Positions 53,312 to 61,890 of a stretch of 64,000 bases of DNA are shown piece after piece. The DNA is from an uncultured Sphingobacteriales bacterium (lineage in GTDB: Bacteria > Bacteroidota > Bacteroidia > Chitinophagales > Chitinophagaceae). Position numbers and translations under genes: made by a program. Numbering within the stretch: the first letter of the stretch is position 1; each line of letters starts with the position of its first letter. The DNA is taken from positions 1,271,039 to 1,335,038 of the forward strand of contig CAWBRY010000001.1 of the NCBI GenBank assembly GCA_963791295.1, given 5' to 3'. The notes beneath the pieces are model-generated. The model was given only the letters and a program-made list of their open reading frames with translations. It had not been told where the DNA came from and did not search any database.

Positions 53312-53539
53312 ATGGCTCAACTGCGTGATAAAAAGTTGCTGCAAAAGATCGCACTGGTTGTTAAAGACCTTCGGAAGGAAAAAGGCGTAAATCAAACCGA
53401 TGTTTTTAATGATACGAATATTCATGTCGGCAGGATTGAAACGGCCAAATCAAACCCCAGCGTGAGCACACTCTCAGCTTTATGCAAATATTTCAAAATA
53501 TCCCTCTCTGAATTTCACAAGAAAGTCGAAAGCATCTAA
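53312..53539 (+). CDS. XRE-family helix-turn-helix transcriptional regulator
   Basis: Intact 75 aa. VKDLRKEKGVNQTDVFNDTNIHVGRIETAKSNPSVSTLSALCKYF is a typical Cro/CI HTH. Confidence 0.8.
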   Translation: MAQLRDKKLLQKIALVVKDLRKEKGVNQTDVFNDTNIHVGRIETAKSNPSVSTLSALCKYFKISLSEFHKKVESI

Positions 53540-53626
53540 CCGGTAAATATTAAAGAAAAATCTCTCGGGCCGCGACGATAATTGAAGCATTTTATGCAGA
53601 CCTTATAAGCCACTCATCGTTGACTA

Positions 53627-53875
53627 TTATTCATACCAGAGTAATACTATGTCACCAATTGCCTTCACCAAGCCCTCATCCTCCACCCCTTCAATTTTCC
53701 AGCTGCTCTTGAGACGGTGTAGAATTCCTACGTGCGTCCCATTTAACGTGATGTCCAACTCATAACAAACCTTATCCTTGCAGCTACCTGGAATGGGAGT
53801 TCCTTCTCCTTTATAGGAATTCCCATTGTACACAAATACCAGGGGAACCGGCTCTTTTTCTAATTCACTAATCAT
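53627..53875 (-). CDS. Hypothetical 82-aa protein, coupled to the FAD-Rieske gene
   Basis: Intact ORF whose start lies 2 nt after the upstream stop (53878). No motif recognised. Confidence 0.5.
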   Translation of the reverse strand: MISELEKEPVPLVFVYNGNSYKGEGTPIPGSCKDKVCYELDITLNGTHVGILHRLKSSWKIEGVEDEGLVKAIGDIVLLWYE

Positions 53876-53877
53876 TT

Positions 53878-55440
53878 CTATTTTTCTACCAATGATTTTA
53901 TTTCAATTATCTCCAGGTCGGTATCGGCAGGCCCTGTAATGACTTTCCCCTGATACGAATACCTGGTCCCATGGCAAGGACAGTCCCAACTGCGTTCGGC
54001 AGAATTCCATTTTACCTCGCACTTGATATGTGTACACAGTGGATTTAGTGCAAAGAGTGCACCATCGTCATTCTTATGTAAGGCGATTTTTTGGCCGTTG
54101 TATACGACTACTTTCCCTTCACCCGGCGCCAATTCAACTAATTCTTCCAGCTCATCGTGAGAAAACCATTTGCCGATGAACAATTTGACTACATCCGTAT
54201 TGTGTTTCATGAAATTGACAAAACCGGCAATCGGTTTAATTCGATTTGGGTTGTAAAGGCTTTCATACGGACTCTCTTGCCCGTTAATTAGCGAAGTGAG
54301 CAATCGGGCTGCGACGGCACTGTACACCATTCCATTTCCACTATAGCCCGTAGCAACAAAAATATTTCCCGGATGTCCAGGTAAATGGCCAATATAAGGT
54401 AGTCCATCCGCTGGTTCGAAATACTGCGATGACCATTTGTATTCGACCTCCTTAACATTGAAGTGTTCCCGAATATGGCTTTCCAATTTTAGAAAACAGG
54501 CTTCTGTATTTTCCTCATGAGCTGTTTTATGATCATAACCCCCTACTATCAAATATTTTTTCCCCTTTATTTCCTGCGTCCTGTAATAGTGGTAGGGATC
54601 ATACATGTCGTAGCTCAGATTCTCTGGATATTTACCGCCTCGAAGAGTAACCGCCATGGCATAACTCCGATACGGGATACATCTAAAATGGAGGAGGTTC
54701 ACTCCCGGAGGAATGTGAGTCGCATAAATCAAGCTGCCGCAACGGAAAGTACCGCTAGTTGATTCCACCGTGATCATGTCATTTTGTTCCACACCCATGA
54801 CACGGCAGTCCTGTTGGATGGTGCCTCCAGCTTTTTCAAAGGCCCGGGCGACTCCATATATATAGGTAGTCGGGATAAACTTTGCCTGGCCATCAATTTC
54901 AATAGCCTTATTAAAACCGATCGGGACCGGAATTTCTTCTGAGTATCTTAGTTCTATTCCTGCATCATTGGATGCTTCTGCTATTTCCCCCAATTCTTTC
55001 TCCTGCTTTTCATCGCGTGCAAAGAGGTAGGCCTTTGCATGTTCAAACCCACAATCGATATTGTAATTATTAATATTCCTTTGAATCAACTCGATAGCTT
55101 CTTTTACCGATTGAGATACGAGCTGCGCATTTTCCTTACCGAAATTCTTGGCAATAGTAGTATACGGTGTGTCTAACAGCGTATTGAGGTGCGCAGTAGT
55201 ACCCCCAGTGGTTCCAAATCCAAGGTTTGCGGCTTCGAGCAGCAAACAGTCTTTTCCTTCTTCCTGTAACAGGAGAGCGGAAGTAATGCCTGTTATACCA
55301 CCGCCAACTATGATCACATCATACACCTTCTCGGTATCCGGTAGGCGAGATGCTTTGAAATCTGTTACTGTGTCCTGCCACAAGCTAACACAGGTACCGT
55401 CTCTGTTTATCATTGGAAATAATTTGTGGGGCCTCATCAA
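53878..55440 (-). CDS. FAD-dependent oxidoreductase fused to a C-terminal Rieske [2Fe-2S] domain
   Basis: Intact 520 aa. DVIIVGGGITGITSALLLQEEG dinucleotide motif. C-terminal CTHIKC...CPCHGTRY Rieske ligands. Confidence 0.85.
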   Translation of the reverse strand: MMRPHKLFPMINRDGTCVSLWQDTVTDFKASRLPDTEKVYDVIIVGGGITGITSALLLQEEGKDCLLLEAANLGFGTTGGTTAHLNTLLDTPYTTIAKNFGKENAQLVSQSVKEAIELIQRNINNYNIDCGFEHAKAYLFARDEKQEKELGEIAEASNDAGIELRYSEEIPVPIGFNKAIEIDGQAKFIPTTYIYGVARAFEKAGGTIQQDCRVMGVEQNDMITVESTSGTFRCGSLIYATHIPPGVNLLHFRCIPYRSYAMAVTLRGGKYPENLSYDMYDPYHYYRTQEIKGKKYLIVGGYDHKTAHEENTEACFLKLESHIREHFNVKEVEYKWSSQYFEPADGLPYIGHLPGHPGNIFVATGYSGNGMVYSAVAARLLTSLINGQESPYESLYNPNRIKPIAGFVNFMKHNTDVVKLFIGKWFSHDELEELVELAPGEGKVVVYNGQKIALHKNDDGALFALNPLCTHIKCEVKWNSAERSWDCPCHGTRYSYQGKVITGPADTDLEIIEIKSLVEK

Positions 55441-55694
55441 CGGTCAACAATTACCCTGCCATCAACTTATTTTAAAGCTGATTTCCTCAACACTACGTTT
55501 TGTATTTTTCCACACAACGAAAAAGAGATTTTATTTCGTCTATTGTGTTTGGTTTTCCATCGAGCGTTATGTAGAAAAGTGGACAATCTGGCAAATTATT
55601 CCTCAACTTTTGTTCAGGAGACCTCTGCAGTAGTGCTCTTGTTCATCGGTTACTGCTGGCACTCAATTTGGCTGTGGTTTGGCAAAGCCGAGAT

Positions 55695-56165
55695 ATGGAA
55701 GTCGTTATTGAAACACCCAAGGGAAGCCAGGAAAAATATGAGTACGAAGAAAAGTCGAAGAATTTCCATTTGAAAAAAATATTGCCATTGGGAATGGTAT
55801 TCCCTTATGACTTCGGATTTATTCCCAGCACTCTTGGAGAGGACGGAGATCCCCTGGATGCGCTAGTCATTTCCGAGTTCAAGACATTCCCGGGCTGTCG
55901 AATCGATTGTCGACTTATCGGGGCGCTGAAGGCTGAGCAGTCTGAAGGGACAAAAAAAATCCGAAATGATCGTTATTTTTTTATTCCAGACACCTCGGTT
56001 ACCTACCAACACATCAAGTCTATGAAAGATTTCCCGGCAAAGCACAACAAACAACTTCTTTTCTTTTTTATGTCATATAACGAGCAGGAAGGAAAACAAT
56101 TCCACCCATTGAAGATGTTCAGCGCCGAAAAAGCAAACAAGCTCTTGAGAAGTAATGGTAAATAA
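55695..56165 (+). CDS. ppa: Inorganic pyrophosphatase (family I)
   Basis: MEVVIETPKGSQEKYEY...YDFGFIPSTLGEDGDPLDALV. The track ORF starts 27 nt upstream. Confidence 0.9.
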   Translation: MEVVIETPKGSQEKYEYEEKSKNFHLKKILPLGMVFPYDFGFIPSTLGEDGDPLDALVISEFKTFPGCRIDCRLIGALKAEQSEGTKKIRNDRYFFIPDTSVTYQHIKSMKDFPAKHNKQLLFFFMSYNEQEGKQFHPLKMFSAEKANKLLRSNGK

Positions 56166-56235
56166 TATGGTAGATTTTTTTGTCCGCATCTTCGAGTAAG
56201 TTTCATAATGAAAAAGAATTCATAAAATCAATATC

Positions 56236-56619
56236 ATGACGTTGGATCATCAGGTGGCTCACCTCTTCTTGCTGGCTATTCCGGTAGCTTGTGTTTCATG
56301 GACGGTCACGCATGAGGAAGTATTTAAAGAGCCCAGAGAATTTTGTGTTCGTTGTAGCAAGAGTAGCCGGTATTGGTTGTTAAGGAAATTCTTTTACTTG
56401 CTCACCTGCGAATACTGCTTCAGTCACTATGTGACCGTTGGAATGCTTCTCCTAACCCGCTATCATTTATTGTTGACTGATTGGAGGGGTTATCTCATCG
56501 GCGGCTTTTCCATGGTCTGGATTGCCAATGTTTATATGAGTTTGTACGCCCTATTGAGGACAGATATCAAGAAAGAAAAGACAATTATCAACGAAAAAGA
56601 AAAACAGAACATGGCTTAG
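56236..56619 (+). CDS. Small membrane protein, unknown function
   Basis: Intact 127 aa with 3-4 hydrophobic segments, paired Cys motifs (CVRCSKS, CEYCFSH) and a Lys-rich tail. Confidence 0.5.
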   Translation: MTLDHQVAHLFLLAIPVACVSWTVTHEEVFKEPREFCVRCSKSSRYWLLRKFFYLLTCEYCFSHYVTVGMLLLTRYHLLLTDWRGYLIGGFSMVWIANVYMSLYALLRTDIKKEKTIINEKEKQNMA

Positions 56620-56789
56620 TTGCCGCAGCACACCTTTTTGTCTTCGATAAAGGCTCCAATTTATTGGGGAAAATTTACCCCAAATTTTAATTATTCCCCC
56701 TTTTTAGGAAGAAAGTTTACGGCATGAAAATTTCTAATAAAGGAAGAGATCAAAAAAACGATCCCCTTACACTGTTTATCATATAACGG

Positions 56790-59700
56790 ATGACGAAGAA
56801 TCACAAAATGCGTAGCCTACCCCAGAGAATCGCAAGAGTCATTGTAAAATCTTTCCTTTTTATTATTCTGTTCATCCTGGTCATTTTTATACTGATCCTT
56901 CTGCCTCCCGTACAGAACCTGATCAAGCATAAAGCTGTGCATTTTCTCGAAAATAAACTTCATACTAAGATTGAAATTGGAAGCATCTATCTGGGATTAC
57001 CCAGGACGATCATCATCGAGGATCTTTATGTCCAGGATAGAAAGCAAGACACCTTAGCGTATGCAGGCAGCTTAAGAATAAATGTCGGGTTGTGGAAGCT
57101 GATCTTCAAAAGTGAGATGGATATTAATAAAATTGAATTAAACAATAGTACGCTCAAGATAAAACGCGAATGGCCTGACACGACATTCAATTTTCAATTC
57201 ATTGTAGATGCTTTTTCTCCTTCTAAAGACGAATCAAAGAAGGATACAACGAAAACTTCTTCTCCCATCTCTATTCATTCGGTAGTTCTCGATAAAATAA
57301 GGTTGGTGATGAGTGATACCGTCACTGGTAACAATGCAGTAGTCATGCTGAACCATTTCGATACACGGATCGATAAGATAGATCCCGGTCAATCAGTTTA
57401 CGATGTACCGGTGATCAATATCAACGGGCTTACAACCAGCATCTACCAATATAAGCCTCTTCTTGAACCCGATCCTATCGCAAAAGATATCGTCGAAGCC
57501 AAACAGCCTATTGCCCTTCAACTGCTACTCGATAAAATTGGATTGGAAAATATTCATCTCGACTACCGAAATGACGTATCTGCATTGTATAGTAATATTA
57601 ATTTGAATGAGGCAGCCATAGATGTAAAAACGCTTGATCTTTCAAAACGGATAATCAGCCTTTCTGATCTTTCTTTGCAGCAGCTAATGGCAACGGTCAA
57701 ATTGGGAAAAAAGGAACAGGCCAAAATAGTCGCAAAGGAAACCAAACAGGAAATAAAAAGCCAGGCTGATGCCGGTTGGCGGATCGAAGCAGCTTCCGTC
57801 AAACTGGATAACAATGCAATCAGGTTTGACAACGAAAACAGTCCCGTGCAACCAAACGGTATGGACTACGCGCATCTTCATGCTGATTCGCTCACCCTGC
57901 ACCTAAATAATTTATTGTTCAGTCCCGATTCCATTTCAGGCGAGATCACCAAAGGAAACGTAAAAGAAAAAAGTGGCTTTGAGCTCCAGGAACTGGAGGG
58001 AAGTTTTTTATATGGAAGTACCGGAGGCTATATAAGAAATCTTCATCTTAAGACTCCTGCCACCGACCTTAAACGGGATATCGTTTTTCAATACCCATCA
58101 CTCGCCGCCATCAAGTCGAACCCTGGCATTATTGAAATCACTGCGGATATTCCGAGCAGTCGATTAGGCGTAACTGATATCCTGACCTTTGTTCCCGATC
58201 TTCGGAAACAACCTGCCTTTGCAAATACCGGCGCGACATGGTATATAACAGGGAAAATAAACGGGCGGCTAAACAATCTCAATATAAATAAATTGTCGTT
58301 TCGGGGTTTTTCCGGAACGGCTCTCGACCTGAATGGAAAGATCGTGGGACTTCCAGACATGAAGAAGGTGAAGGCTGACCTGGCTTTAAACAATCTCACC
58401 ACCAATAAAGCCGACATGGCTTTATTTCTTCCGGCAGGCAGCATACCCAGCAATATTTCACTCCCAACTTACCTCCACGCAAATGGAAAGATTAATGGAG
58501 ATATAGCGGGGATGAAGGCAGACCTGGCTCTTCAAACCAACTATGGCGATGCAAATGTGAATGGGCTGTTTAAAGAATATACAAATCCTCAGCAGATAAG
58601 TTATGATGCCACTATAGGAGTGAAATCCCTGAATGTCGGAATGATCATGCATCAAGAACAAAAAATTGGGGTTGTCTCTGCCTCATTTAAGATCAAAGGA
58701 ATTGGTACAGATCCTAAAACGGCGCACGCCGAACTTGATGGCACGATTCAATCGGCTGTGCTGAATGGTTATGACTATCGTGATTTAACCCTAAAAGGCA
58801 GAATTGCCAATCAACAAGCAACTATCGACGCTGCGATAATGGATCCAAATATTCATTTTGCATTGAACGGGAGCGCGGACCTCACAAAGGAATATCCATC
58901 TGTGATTGTTCATCTGACTATTGATAGCATTAAAGCGCAACCATTGAACCTGGCATCCAATCTCGTGGTGTACCGAGGGAACTTGGATGCCGATATTCCT
59001 GTCACCAACCCCGACAAGTTGGAGGGGAAAATATTGTTGACACAAACGCTTTTAGTCAATGGTGATAAAAGAATTCAATTGGACACTATGCAGCTGCTTG
59101 CCGGAGTTGCTGACTCTGGAAACTATATTAGGTTGATCAGTGATGCCGGAAGCGCCGAATTAACCGGTAATTATCGATTGACGGAGTTAGGCTATATTTT
59201 CCAACAAGCCATACAGCCCTATTTTGCTGTCATGCCTACTCAAGTGGCTGCAACAAAACTGCAACCTTATGATTTCAATTTGAATGCAACTATAGTGAAT
59301 AGTCCCATATTAAATGTGGTCATGCCAGGCCTGACGAAAACTGACCCCATTACTCTTCGAAGTCATTTTGGCGATGCATCAGGTTGGAATGCCACGGTTA
59401 CCGCTCCGTTTATTGATATGAGCGGAAGTATTGTTAAAAATCTGGCCCTCCAGGCAGGGACAGAACAAAACAAAATAAATCTCAAAGCAAACGTCGATCA
59501 ATTATCCAGCGGGGGCATGGCATTGATCAATGCTGCTGTCACAGCGACCATTGCAGATAATAAGATTGATTTTTTATTTAATAGTAAAGGCAGCACCGGG
59601 AAAGACCGATATAATCTTTCAGCAATCCTGCAACAACCTAGTCCTGGAAATTATAGCCTCTCCATCAAACCGGCGGATCTAATTCTGAATTATGAACCGT

Positions 59701-61889
59701 GGTCGATTGGGCCCAACAATGCATTGTTGGTAAGAGGCAGTGATATAAATGCCAGGGATTTTGTTCTACAGAAAAATGGACAGGTATTTACACTGGCCTC
59801 AGCTTCAACGAATATTAATTCGCCACTGGAAGCCGCGTTTTCCAATTTCAAGTTAGCTACTATAACGGCATTCTTTCAACAGGACGCGTCATTGACGGAC
59901 GGGACAATGAACGGTAAGCTGCTTTTGACAAATCTTAGTTCCAATCCTGTGTTCACAGGAGATCTCACTATCGACAACCTCGCTATCCAAAAAGACACCG
60001 TAGGCAACGTAAAGATCCTGATGAATAACAAATCGCCTAATACTTACTATGCCGATGTGAGGATCAGTGGCCGAGGCAATGATGTCCAGTTGACCGGAAA
60101 TTATTATCCGGAGGCAGTCAGCAACAACAATTTTGATTTTGCAATTGATATAGTAGCGTTGCCTTTGACCACAGCTCAGGCCTTTTCTCAAGGCGCCATA
60201 ACCGATGCAAGCGGTTTTATCAAGGGCAAGTTTACGTTCAAGGGGACTGCAAAAGATCCTTCAATAATGGGTGATTTGAATTTTGATAAGGCTGCATTCA
60301 ATCTTCGTATGTTGAACAGCTACTTTACGATTGACCAGGAGAGGATCAAAGTAACAGATGAAGGATTTACCTTCAATGACTTTGCAGTAAAAGATTCTGC
60401 CGGAAATACATTGTCGGTGAATGGAACTGCAGCCACTCATAATTTTCAGAACTATCAATTTGATCTGACAGTAAGAGCAAATGACTTCCGTGCCTTGAAT
60501 AGTACGAAGATGCACAACCGGTATTTCTATGGGCAATTATATTTCAATACCAATATGAGGATCACCGGAACGGAGGCTGCACCGGTGGTGGATGGACGTC
60601 TTACAGTAAATGAAAAAACAAAAGTCACCATCGTGTTGCCACAGGCAGAACCTGGTATAGTGGATAGGGAAGGAGTGGTTGAATTTGTAGACCTGAGTGC
60701 GGGTGTCAATGATTCACTTTTTCTTTCTGCACTCGATTCGTTGAATACCGTCGGATTTACCGGTATGGATATTTCCATGAATCTTCAATTGGATAAGGAG
60801 GCTGAGATCACATTGGTCATCGATGAGGGCAATGGAGATTTTTTGAATTTGAAAGGTGAAGCCTCGATCACTGCGGACGTGGATCGTGCGGGAAAGATTT
60901 TTATGTCAGGTTCATATGAACTGGAGCAGGGTGCTTATGAAATTTCTTTCAATCTGTTGCGTCGCCGGTTTGCCATTCAAAAAGGTAGTCGCATTACCTG
61001 GCAGGGAGAACCTACCAAGGCAGATGTAGACATTACAGCGATTTATACGGTTAATACTTCGCCGCTGGACCTGGTGAAAAATCAATTGTCGGAAGGAATA
61101 ACCGCCAGTCAACGGAATACCTATCTGCAAAAGCTTCCTTTTGAAGTCACATTGAGGATGACCGGAGAGTTGATGAAGCCGTTGATCACATTTGATATCA
61201 GGCTTCCCGAGAACAAGAGCTTCCAGGTATCCAATGATATTATTACATTGGTAAAAACAAGACTTGATCAACTTAGGCAGGAGGAAGGGGAAATGAACAA
61301 GCAGGTATTCTCCTTGTTGTTGTTGAGCAGATTTGTGGCAGAAAATCCTTTTGCATCGAGTGGAGGTGGCACGAATGTCAGTACGCTCGCGCGACAAAGT
61401 GTTAGCAGGCTTTTGACGGAACAGTTAAACCGCCTGGCCTCCGACCTGGTAACAGGTTTTGAGTTGAATTTCGACGTTCAATCCTCCGAAGATTACACGA
61501 CCGGCAGTCGTAAAGATCGCACCGATCTGAATGTAGGAATTTCCAAAAGGCTCATGAATGATCGTCTAACCGTTACCGTTGGAAGTAATTTTGAATTGGA
61601 AGGGCCACAAAGCCCAAATAGTCAAACAAATAATATTGCCGGAAACGTGGCGCTGGATTATAAGATAAGCAAGGATGGACGTTATTTGTTGCGTGCGTAT
61701 CGCAAGAACGATTATCAGGGTATCATCGATGGATATGTCATTGAAACGGGAGTAGGCTTCATCATTACCGTCGACTATAATCGATTTAAAGATATTTTCC
61801 GCTCACGGCGCGCCCGGCAACGAGACCGTGAAGCCAGGCAGAAAAATGAAACGAGCTCGGTAATTGAAAAGATTCCTACAAAAGAGTAG
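56790..61889 (+). CDS. tamB: Translocation and assembly module protein TamB (AsmA-like, DUF490 C-terminus)
   Basis: Intact 1699 aa. N-terminal TM anchor (VKSFLFIILFILVIFILILL), a long beta-rich body, and a C-terminal ...LTVTVGSNFELEG...GNVALDYKISKDGRYLLRAYRKNDYQGIIDGYVIETGVGFIITVDY typical of TamB. Confidence 0.9.
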   Translation: MTKNHKMRSLPQRIARVIVKSFLFIILFILVIFILILLPPVQNLIKHKAVHFLENKLHTKIEIGSIYLGLPRTIIIEDLYVQDRKQDTLAYAGSLRINVGLWKLIFKSEMDINKIELNNSTLKIKREWPDTTFNFQFIVDAFSPSKDESKKDTTKTSSPISIHSVVLDKIRLVMSDTVTGNNAVVMLNHFDTRIDKIDPGQSVYDVPVININGLTTSIYQYKPLLEPDPIAKDIVEAKQPIALQLLLDKIGLENIHLDYRNDVSALYSNINLNEAAIDVKTLDLSKRIISLSDLSLQQLMATVKLGKKEQAKIVAKETKQEIKSQADAGWRIEAASVKLDNNAIRFDNENSPVQPNGMDYAHLHADSLTLHLNNLLFSPDSISGEITKGNVKEKSGFELQELEGSFLYGSTGGYIRNLHLKTPATDLKRDIVFQYPSLAAIKSNPGIIEITADIPSSRLGVTDILTFVPDLRKQPAFANTGATWYITGKINGRLNNLNINKLSFRGFSGTALDLNGKIVGLPDMKKVKADLALNNLTTNKADMALFLPAGSIPSNISLPTYLHANGKINGDIAGMKADLALQTNYGDANVNGLFKEYTNPQQISYDATIGVKSLNVGMIMHQEQKIGVVSASFKIKGIGTDPKTAHAELDGTIQSAVLNGYDYRDLTLKGRIANQQATIDAAIMDPNIHFALNGSADLTKEYPSVIVHLTIDSIKAQPLNLASNLVVYRGNLDADIPVTNPDKLEGKILLTQTLLVNGDKRIQLDTMQLLAGVADSGNYIRLISDAGSAELTGNYRLTELGYIFQQAIQPYFAVMPTQVAATKLQPYDFNLNATIVNSPILNVVMPGLTKTDPITLRSHFGDASGWNATVTAPFIDMSGSIVKNLALQAGTEQNKINLKANVDQLSSGGMALINAAVTATIADNKIDFLFNSKGSTGKDRYNLSAILQQPSPGNYSLSIKPADLILNYEPWSIGPNNALLVRGSDINARDFVLQKNGQVFTLASASTNINSPLEAAFSNFKLATITAFFQQDASLTDGTMNGKLLLTNLSSNPVFTGDLTIDNLAIQKDTVGNVKILMNNKSPNTYYADVRISGRGNDVQLTGNYYPEAVSNNNFDFAIDIVALPLTTAQAFSQGAITDASGFIKGKFTFKGTAKDPSIMGDLNFDKAAFNLRMLNSYFTIDQERIKVTDEGFTFNDFAVKDSAGNTLSVNGTAATHNFQNYQFDLTVRANDFRALNSTKMHNRYFYGQLYFNTNMRITGTEAAPVVDGRLTVNEKTKVTIVLPQAEPGIVDREGVVEFVDLSAGVNDSLFLSALDSLNTVGFTGMDISMNLQLDKEAEITLVIDEGNGDFLNLKGEASITADVDRAGKIFMSGSYELEQGAYEISFNLLRRRFAIQKGSRITWQGEPTKADVDITAIYTVNTSPLDLVKNQLSEGITASQRNTYLQKLPFEVTLRMTGELMKPLITFDIRLPENKSFQVSNDIITLVKTRLDQLRQEEGEMNKQVFSLLLLSRFVAENPFASSGGGTNVSTLARQSVSRLLTEQLNRLASDLVTGFELNFDVQSSEDYTTGSRKDRTDLNVGISKRLMNDRLTVTVGSNFELEGPQSPNSQTNNIAGNVALDYKISKDGRYLLRAYRKNDYQGIIDGYVIETGVGFIITVDYNRFKDIFRSRRARQRDREARQKNETSSVIEKIPTKE

Positions 61890-61890
61890 T

